A stretch of 64,000 nt of DNA. It comes from Patescibacteria group bacterium (GTDB lineage: Bacteria; Patescibacteriota; Microgenomatia; Levybacterales; GWA1-39-11). This document shows, one piece after another, positions 57,283 through 64,000 of this stretch (position 1 is its first letter; every line of letters begins with the position of its first letter). Made by a program: the position numbers and the translations under genes. The notes under the pieces are model-generated. The model saw only the letters and a program-made list of their open reading frames with translations, made no database searches and had not been told where the DNA came from. The stretch lies in contig DASZYA010000001.1 of assembly GCA_035545675.1 (NCBI GenBank), positions 237 through 64,236 of the forward strand, in the 5' to 3' direction.

Positions 57283-58305
57283 TTAATCAATCCCAAATAT
57301 ATTCTTTACTTTGTGCTCTACTACAACGTACCCATAAACAGTCACGAAACCCAAACATAGAACTGGGTTAATAAACCAGGCTAAATCCCTTATTTTTATG
57401 TATCCACGAAGACTATCAGCAATAGGCTTAACAAGGGTTACACTTATTAAAATAACGTACAGAAGTTTACCGAAATCTTTTTTTGTATATAATGAGTATC
57501 TTCTTCTATCTTTGTTTAATTTGCTATCAGAAAAATAGAATTGTCGCATAAAAAACATTCTTCTTGTGAGGAAATTAAATACACTTCCTCTGCCACCCAG
57601 ATGTGCAATTGAGTTTTTTGTAAATGCATACGTGTCATATCCCTTTTTAATTAAATCTAGGTTAACATCTGTATGATAAAACTTTCCAGGTGCCGAATCT
57701 GCCTTATTAATAAGCAGAGATCTTCTTATCATAAACCCATTGGCTCCAATAGTAGGAAGGTTTGAAGGTGTGAATTTAACCTCATAATATTTTCCTCTGT
57801 CAATTGCCCCATATTTGCTGCCTAGACTACTATATATATAAGACAGTCTATCTGCCTTACCAAAGTAAAAAGCCAGAGGATCAGTTACTCCAAAAAGGGC
57901 AATATACTTATCCAAAACCGATCTTTTTTTGTCATAATAATATCTCAAAGTCTCTACTCCTACAATTTTTCTATTTTCCACAAAGGGCACAAGCATTTGT
58001 GAAATTATTTTTTTACTCTGCAGAACATTGTCATGATCTAGTAAAAAAATTATTTCATTTCGAGCTTTTTGTATACCTAAGCTTTTATTCAGTTCAACAT
58101 TTTGTTTTTTTGGTGGCACGTTAATAATTTTTGGCTTATATTTAGAAACTATTTCAATTGTGTCGTCGGTTGAACCTCCATCAACAATTATTATTTCAAT
58201 CTTAGATTTGGGATATTCTTGATTTTTTATGCTCTTAAGACACGCATCAATTGTTTTTGCTGAGTTAAAAGTAGGAATAATAATTGAAACAGATAAATTC
58301 TTCAT
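57283..58305 (-). CDS. GT2-family glycosyltransferase with C-terminal TM (paralog of 60932..61975)
   Basis: VSIIIPTFNSAKTIDACLKSIKNQEYPKSKIEIIIVDGGSTDDT. It shares the ...FGVTDPLAFYFGKADRLSYI block with the paralog. Confidence 0.75.
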   Translation of the reverse strand: MKNLSVSIIIPTFNSAKTIDACLKSIKNQEYPKSKIEIIIVDGGSTDDTIEIVSKYKPKIINVPPKKQNVELNKSLGIQKARNEIIFLLDHDNVLQSKKIISQMLVPFVENRKIVGVETLRYYYDKKRSVLDKYIALFGVTDPLAFYFGKADRLSYIYSSLGSKYGAIDRGKYYEVKFTPSNLPTIGANGFMIRRSLLINKADSAPGKFYHTDVNLDLIKKGYDTYAFTKNSIAHLGGRGSVFNFLTRRMFFMRQFYFSDSKLNKDRRRYSLYTKKDFGKLLYVILISVTLVKPIADSLRGYIKIRDLAWFINPVLCLGFVTVYGYVVVEHKVKNIFGID

Positions 58306-59279
58306 CTAGATAAACTAAAATAATCTTTTAAAAGTAGAAATTTTCCGAATCCAAAATACATTTTCTTAAATATTTGAAAGTCACTTATGATTCTATGTTT
58401 TTGAACCCACGCTCTTTTTCTTAAAGTTTTCTTAAGGATCTTCATATTGAAAATCCAACCCTCAATATATGAATAAGAAATACTTGGCTTACCCATTAAT
58501 AAAAACAAAGCTATCTCAAAAATGTTTTGCATGACATATAGAGGAATTACAAAAAATAGAGTTATAGTGGAATAATTTTTAATAATAGCTTGTAAGGTAT
58601 TTTGGTTACGCCATAAAAATGTATTATACTTTAATCCCTCACCCGTACTACCTGCTCCCGCATGATGTATGAAGCAATTTTTGACTACTGTAAATTTTTT
58701 GCCCAAAAGCGAAAGTCTCCAAAACCAATCTACGTCTTCATAATACATAAAAAAATCTTTATCCGTTCCCAAAGTCTTTTGAAAAAGATTTTTACTGCAT
58801 AAAAAACAAACCGTGAGATAAAATAGTTTTTTAGAATTGTAAGTGGGAATAAAATATGCAGGACTTCCCGTTGGATCAATTGTTGTATTACATTTAAATT
58901 GCTTGTTGTTGAAGTATCTTTTTTCTACTGCAGATAATACATCGTAGTCATTATTATCATAAAAATTCTTTAATTTTTCTACAAAATACCTATCAAACCA
59001 CGTATCATTATTAACAAACAAAACTATTTCGCCCTTCGATTCTTCTACTCCAATTTTAGTTGCTGTGGCCAATCCCAAATTTCTTTTATTTTTTATAATC
59101 TTGACTTGAGGAAATTTTTTTCTTACATAATCAACAGAATCATCCGATGAATTATTATCAACCATTATAAGCTCAATATTTTTATAACTTTGCTTCTGGA
59201 GAGAGGAAAAAAATTTATTTAACCACTTTTTACCGTTCCAATTTACTGTAAATATAGAAATTAGTTGACTATTTTGCAT
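58302..59279 (-). CDS. GT2-family glycosyltransferase
   Basis: ISIFTVNWNGKKWLNKFFSSL...MVDNNSSDDS...LFVNNDT. Confidence 0.75.
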   Translation of the reverse strand: MQNSQLISIFTVNWNGKKWLNKFFSSLQKQSYKNIELIMVDNNSSDDSVDYVRKKFPQVKIIKNKRNLGLATATKIGVEESKGEIVLFVNNDTWFDRYFVEKLKNFYDNNDYDVLSAVEKRYFNNKQFKCNTTIDPTGSPAYFIPTYNSKKLFYLTVCFLCSKNLFQKTLGTDKDFFMYYEDVDWFWRLSLLGKKFTVVKNCFIHHAGAGSTGEGLKYNTFLWRNQNTLQAIIKNYSTITLFFVIPLYVMQNIFEIALFLLMGKPSISYSYIEGWIFNMKILKKTLRKRAWVQKHRIISDFQIFKKMYFGFGKFLLLKDYFSLSR

Positions 59280-59997
59280 TTTTATTTTTTACAAACTCGT
59301 AATACACCGAACGCGGAAAAATTTTGTTGCCAATATAATTAATTCCTTCACCAATAGGAACAGTTATTATCCATATTGGAAAGTATACGAGGGGTGTTCT
59401 AACTACGGTAGGATGGAAATAAAGCAGTGATAAATGTACAAATTTTGTAAAATTTGTATCTCTCCAACTACCAATACTCAGTTGTGTTTTGGATTTGATT
59501 TTTCTCTTAAATAGAACATATAACTCTATATGCTGAAGAAAATCTTTCTTAACCTTCCTTACTACTCTTATTTTCTTTTTTCTAAGTAGTGTTTCTAACT
59601 CTTTCTCACCAAAGATTCTGACGTGATGAATTTCTTTATGAAACGTCGGTCTTACAACCAATAACCATTTCTCTGATCTATGATATGGAATATTAACAAT
59701 AAATTTTCCACCCGGCTTTAAGACTCTAGCAATTTCACCCAAAACTTTATTTAGATTATCTACATGCTCCAATATATCCATTGCGTATATTTCGTCAAAT
59801 GTATTTTTTTTAAATTTTAGCTTTTCCGCATCCATATAGATATATTTCACGCCTGGATATCTTTTTTTTGATATAGCTATATCTCTCCTAGATAGATCAA
59901 TTCCGGTTACATCATTATTTTTATTCTTTGATAGATAATAAGTGTTAAATCCCTGTCCGGAACCGATTTCTAATATAATTTTTTTCTTTCCTTTCAT
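59269..59997 (-). CDS. class I SAM-dependent methyltransferase
   Basis: Motif I ILEIGSGQGFNT, and post-I FDEIYAMDILEHV...LKPGGKFIV. Confidence 0.75.
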   Translation of the reverse strand: MKGKKKIILEIGSGQGFNTYYLSKNKNNDVTGIDLSRRDIAISKKRYPGVKYIYMDAEKLKFKKNTFDEIYAMDILEHVDNLNKVLGEIARVLKPGGKFIVNIPYHRSEKWLLVVRPTFHKEIHHVRIFGEKELETLLRKKKIRVVRKVKKDFLQHIELYVLFKRKIKSKTQLSIGSWRDTNFTKFVHLSLLYFHPTVVRTPLVYFPIWIITVPIGEGINYIGNKIFPRSVYYEFVKNKNAK

Positions 59998-60929
59998 ATT
60001 CTATTTTTAATATACCAATCGACAGTTTTCTTAATGCCTTTCTTGAGATCAGTTTTTGCTTTAAATCCAAATTCTTTGTAAGCACGTCTTGTATTCATTT
60101 TTCTCCTTAAAACGCCGTCTGGTTTTGTTTTATCCCAAACGGTTTTGCCGTTGTATCCCACAGTTTTTTTAATTATCTCTACTAGCTTCGCAATTGAAAT
60201 TTCGACTCCGGACCCAAGATTAATTGGATCTAGCTTATCGTATTTTCTGACAGCCATAACAATTGCACGAGCTGCATCCTCTACATAGATAAATTCTCTG
60301 TTTGCTTTACCAGTTCCCCATATACTAACACTCTTCTCGTTGTTGATTTTTGCATCTACTATTTTTTTAATTAAGGCAGTCATTACGTGCGAATAATTAG
60401 ATTCAAAATGGTCACCTGGGCCATATAGGTTTACAGGCATCAAGATAAATGACTTGAAACCGTATTGCTCATAATAAGCTCGTCCCTGTACTATAAGCAT
60501 TTTCTTGGCGATTCCGTATGGTGCGGTTACTTCTTCCGGGTAGCCATCCCAAAGTGATTCTTCTTTAAATGGTAATGGCGCATTTTTGGGATAAGAACAG
60601 ACAGTACCTGTTGTTACAAATTTTTTAACTCCGGCAAGTCTTGCTGCTTCTATGAGATGTAGGCCCATTAAAGAATTTTCATAAAAGATTTCTCCCGGTT
60701 TTTCTTTATTAAAACCTATACCTCCAATTTTAGCCGCTAGATGTATTACAATATCCCGATCTTTTACAGCCTTCACACAATCCTCGTATTTTCTCAGATC
60801 TATTTTTTTTGATGAAGGAGCATAGACATTCTTGGGATCAACTCCAGCTTGAATTAGTTTTTTATAAACGTGTTGGCCCAAAAAGCCCGATGCACCAGTT
60901 AATAAAATTTTCTTATTTTTAATAGTCAT
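59994..60929 (-). CDS. fcl: GDP-L-fucose synthase (GDP-4-keto-6-deoxy-D-mannose 3,5-epimerase/4-reductase)
   Basis: Colinear with Fcl throughout: LAAKIGGI, CSYPK, YGIAKK, MPVNLYGPGDHF, SHVMTALIKK, VSIWGTGKANREFIYVEDAARA, GYNGKTVWDKTKPDGVLRRK. Confidence 0.8.
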   Translation of the reverse strand: MTIKNKKILLTGASGFLGQHVYKKLIQAGVDPKNVYAPSSKKIDLRKYEDCVKAVKDRDIVIHLAAKIGGIGFNKEKPGEIFYENSLMGLHLIEAARLAGVKKFVTTGTVCSYPKNAPLPFKEESLWDGYPEEVTAPYGIAKKMLIVQGRAYYEQYGFKSFILMPVNLYGPGDHFESNYSHVMTALIKKIVDAKINNEKSVSIWGTGKANREFIYVEDAARAIVMAVRKYDKLDPINLGSGVEISIAKLVEIIKKTVGYNGKTVWDKTKPDGVLRRKMNTRRAYKEFGFKAKTDLKKGIKKTVDWYIKNRI

Positions 60930-60931
60930 AT

Positions 60932-61975
60932 TTAATTTGTGAAAGTCATAAAAAGACCTTTAAAAAGCTTTATTAGTATTGCAACAATATATGTAACAAA
61001 AATTGAAAAACAGAAAATAGGATGAATAAACCATGCAATATCGGGTTTTTTTAAGTATCCCCTTATAGAAATATAAAATGGTTGTATAAACGTACAAGAA
61101 AAAATTATAAATAAAATAACTCCAATAATATCTTGAGTTCTAGCCGGATCAAAGACTTTGTATCTTCTTTCACTAGATCTTTTTTGATAATGCAACATCA
61201 TATAACGAGCTCTTTTTATTACATATGGAAAAAGTGCAATTGCTGTATCATGAATTACAACATCTCGTACGACCGCGTAGTCAGAAAGCTTAAATTTTAG
61301 TATGTCAAAGGGAACATCTATATGAAAGAAATTATTCATGTCCGATTTACCTTTCAATAAATACTTTCTTCTTGCTATAAAACCATTAGAACCAAGAGTA
61401 GGAAAATGCTCACGATCAAACCTGACTACAAAATAATCCTTTTCATCTCTGATCACACTCCCAAATCCTGTCCACTTATCTGATATGTAAGACATTTTAT
61501 CTGCTTTTCCAAGGTATAACCCTACCGGATCTGCTGATCCGATAAGAGAGAAATATCTATTTAAATAAATGTCTTTTTTCCTGTATGCAAATCTCCAGGT
61601 AAAACTACCTACTATATTTTTATCTTCCAATAAGGGTGTAACCATTTTCCTAAACCAATCATTATTCGGCAGATAATTATCAGAATCTATTAAAGCCACC
61701 ATTTCACCTTTTGCTAAATGTAGCCCCTCCCCCTTACAAGTCTCTGGATCATTAGGCTTTTTACCAAAAACCAATTTTATTTTTAATCTTGATGACTTAA
61801 TTAAATCGATTGTTCCATCAGTTGAATTTCCATCAACAATGATCACTTCCAATTTTTTGCGTGGATAATCCTGGCTTTCAATATTTCTCAACAAGCGAGG
61901 GAGTGTTCGCCTATTGTTTTTTGTTACTATGATGACTGATAGAGTGGGCAAGCTCAGTTTTGTTTTATTGTTCAT
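60932..61975 (-). CDS. GT2-family glycosyltransferase with C-terminal TM (paralog of 57283..58305)
   Basis: LSVIIVTKNNRRTLPRLLRNIESQDYPRKKLEVIIVDGNSTDGT. Confidence 0.75.
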   Translation of the reverse strand: MNNKTKLSLPTLSVIIVTKNNRRTLPRLLRNIESQDYPRKKLEVIIVDGNSTDGTIDLIKSSRLKIKLVFGKKPNDPETCKGEGLHLAKGEMVALIDSDNYLPNNDWFRKMVTPLLEDKNIVGSFTWRFAYRKKDIYLNRYFSLIGSADPVGLYLGKADKMSYISDKWTGFGSVIRDEKDYFVVRFDREHFPTLGSNGFIARRKYLLKGKSDMNNFFHIDVPFDILKFKLSDYAVVRDVVIHDTAIALFPYVIKRARYMMLHYQKRSSERRYKVFDPARTQDIIGVILFIIFSCTFIQPFYISIRGYLKKPDIAWFIHPIFCFSIFVTYIVAILIKLFKGLFMTFTN

Positions 61976-63305
61976 TATAAAGATGTACAGCCCACACGTT
62001 AAGAAAAATAAAAATCACGAACCATGTGTAGCAAACTAATTTACCAAATTTATTAACATTTTTGTAGGGGGTTAATAAGGGAAATAGACTTGATCCCCAC
62101 GAAATTATTGACAATCTAAAAATCAAATATGAAAATCCAAACTTTTGCCTCCAAGTTAATTCAAGAAGACTTGTTCCTACAACAACCAAAAATACAAAGC
62201 TAAGTACCCAGTTTTTAATGTAGTATTCTTTAATAAATAGCGCGATGGAAATTACAAGAAATGGATAAAAAGGATATCTATACCAACCATGACTTGGTTC
62301 ATCGGGAATTCCAGCTAAAAATATAACAAAATAGGAAAGTAGAGCAAAAATTATTACGTAGTTCTTCCTTACATCTCGTGCGAAGACTAATATCGCTGCA
62401 AACCATCCAAAATATATCCAGCCATCAGTCAAAAATCTGTCTACCAAATATGGTTTTTGGAACAATGCAAAAATACTATTAAACGTTAGGTCATAACGAT
62501 TCAACTGAAGCCCCCAAAGACTAATAAAGAGATGTGAATCATAATAATATCCATAAGCTACAAAAATTAATAAACCAATTATTGGAGCGGTAAAAAATAG
62601 TAAAGCATTTTTATATTGTTTTAAGTAAAGAAAAATAAGGAAAACGGATCCAGATGCCGCAACCCAAGGTATTTTTGCTAGCACAAGCAAAATACACAAA
62701 ACAAAAGCAATATTTCTCAATAAATCATTTTTAGTTTTGATATATTTGACTATTAAAAAAAGTGTAAGAAGCCAAACAGGAATAAAGAAATTTTCATTCT
62801 GTACTATTCTTGAGCCCACAACAACTGTAGGAATTGTTGCATATAAAAGACTTGCCATCACAGCAACCTTTTCTTCGTAAATTTCTTTTGTAAGTAAATA
62901 GACTAAAAATATTGATAATACACCTAGAATAACAGCCAAAGGCCTTATATTATTTATGCTTAAATGATACATATCACTTGCTCCATTAAGAATTGCAAAG
63001 CCACCAGCAACCAAACCAAATACTGGAGGGTGCTCGAGAAATGGAGTTACAATTCTAAAATGAGTTTGTTGATATATTATATTTTTGTAGTTTTTATACT
63101 CAGGATGTGGAGACCAAGATATAGGAACACCTTTTTGTATTAAATTCATTCCTTCCCAAGTCCAAGCATATTCATCGAAGGTTGCGCCAAGTCTAGGCCA
63201 CGTGTAAAGCTTATCCTGTCTAAGATAAAATCCTAAAAAGAGAATCGCTATTAGCATTAGCGAATATATAGATAAATTCTTAATTATTTTTTGTAACATT
63301 CTCAA
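61965..63305 (-). CDS. polytopic GT-C membrane glycosyltransferase (PMT/ArnT-like)
   Basis: 446 aa with about 12 TM helices and the N-terminal loop motif PRLGATFDEYAWTWEG. Confidence 0.55.
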   Translation of the reverse strand: MRMLQKIIKNLSIYSLMLIAILFLGFYLRQDKLYTWPRLGATFDEYAWTWEGMNLIQKGVPISWSPHPEYKNYKNIIYQQTHFRIVTPFLEHPPVFGLVAGGFAILNGASDMYHLSINNIRPLAVILGVLSIFLVYLLTKEIYEEKVAVMASLLYATIPTVVVGSRIVQNENFFIPVWLLTLFLIVKYIKTKNDLLRNIAFVLCILLVLAKIPWVAASGSVFLIFLYLKQYKNALLFFTAPIIGLLIFVAYGYYYDSHLFISLWGLQLNRYDLTFNSIFALFQKPYLVDRFLTDGWIYFGWFAAILVFARDVRKNYVIIFALLSYFVIFLAGIPDEPSHGWYRYPFYPFLVISIALFIKEYYIKNWVLSFVFLVVVGTSLLELTWRQKFGFSYLIFRLSIISWGSSLFPLLTPYKNVNKFGKLVCYTWFVIFIFLNVWAVHLYNEQ

Positions 63306-64000
63306 TAAGTTCTAGGCTTATTTTTGTGGATTTGTCCCAATCCAAACTCTTGGCCCATTTTAAACAATTTTTTTGATATTTTGTATACCTGCTTTTATTT
63401 GAAATTAGATCTATAGCGGCTCTAGCCATAACCTCGGGCTTATTCTCATGGATCACAACTCCGGTTTTTCCATTAATAACAGAGTCTCTAAGACCTGCAA
63501 CATCGTAAACAACTGCTGGCGTTGCCTGACTAGCAGCTTCTATTATTACTAGACCCCATCCTTCTTTTCTTGAGGCATGAAGTATGAGATTTGATTTTTG
63601 GAGTAAGCTCACTTTCTCTTTCTCTGACACTTTTCCAAAGAATTTTACCTTAGAACTAATCGAATAACTCTTCAAAATCTCTTTAAGATAATTGATATAT
63701 TTTGGGTCTCCGTCCCCAACTATCCAGAGATTTCCATCTTTTAACTCTTTTAGAATAAAGAAAAAAGATTTTATGACCTCCTCTACACCTTTCATTTTCA
63801 CAATTCTACTTACAAAAATAAACGTTGGGATTTTTTCTTTATTTGGTACCTTTAATAAAGGCTTTATATCAAGACCACAATATATAAGAGTAATGTTTTT
63901 TCTTTTAATTCCCATCTTAACCAAATCATCTAACGTAGATTTACTAGGCACCCAAAATTTTACGTTTTTATATAGATTAAAATATAATGATTCAATAAAT
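63280..64000 (-). CDS. GT4-family glycosyltransferase, partial: N-terminal part lies beyond the window end
   Basis: C-terminal Glycos_transf_1 domain (FIFVSRIVKMKGVEEVIKSF...LILHASRKEGWGLVIIEAASQATPAVV). The frame stays open upstream of the track's GTG start to position 63999 (...FIESLYFNLYKNVKFW-VPSK...). Confidence 0.7.
   Translation of the reverse strand, partial: FIESLYFNLYKNVKFWVPSKSTLDDLVKMGIKRKNITLIYCGLDIKPLLKVPNKEKIPTFIFVSRIVKMKGVEEVIKSFFFILKELKDGNLWIVGDGDPKYINYLKEILKSYSISSKVKFFGKVSEKEKVSLLQKSNLILHASRKEGWGLVIIEAASQATPAVVYDVAGLRDSVINGKTGVVIHENKPEVMARAAIDLISNKSRYTKYQKNCLKWAKSLDWDKSTKISLELIENVTKNN

Noticed and set aside
63280-63951. Treating the last minus-strand ORF as a complete 223-aa gene starting at a GTG
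   Set aside because: The frame remains open upstream to the window edge (…FIESLYFNLYKNVKFW precedes the GTG) and encodes only the C-terminal GT4 domain. It is annotated as a 5'-partial gene instead.

Overview
This is a 64-kb, low-GC, very gene-dense bacterial window. The gene content suggests a CPR/Patescibacteria-like organism (repeated four-helix-bundle genes, minimal dcw module, many GT-C/GT2/GT4 genes); that is an inference, not shown. In order along the window: (1) a partial murC plus ftsI-ftsL-rsmH-mraZ dcw module, with three TGGGAA direct repeats at 10-bp spacing (an MraZ-operator-like arrangement) upstream of mraZ; (2) an alpha2-type glycyl-tRNA synthetase, TspO, a SAM methyltransferase and a sulfatase-superfamily membrane protein; (3) a type IB topoisomerase followed by a protein made of three tandem zinc-ribbon repeats; (4) a type I restriction-modification operon read on the minus strand, hsdM – OLD-family ABC-ATPase/TOPRIM nuclease – hsdS – hsdR – DEDDy exonuclease. 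Upstream of it are three co-oriented unknown genes, one strongly acidic. Diverging from these is a tandem pair of paralogous unknown genes, in a patch that looks GC-richer by eye. This block (about 16.1–28.2 kb) is the best candidate for an undescribed accessory or defence system; (5) recO and a large secreted protein; (6) a >32-kb glycan assembly locus, almost entirely on the minus strand and running to the window end. It contains an initiating phosphoglycosyl transferase, ManC, Fcl, about 12 GT2/GT4 enzymes, several GT-C-like polytopic membrane proteins, two FkbM methyltransferases, an acetyltransferase and SDR enzymes. Two four-helix-bundle (TIGR02436-like) genes are each bracketed by inverted repeats, and several short dispersed repeat families occur in intergenic DNA. 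I saw no rRNA, tRNA or CRISPR array.
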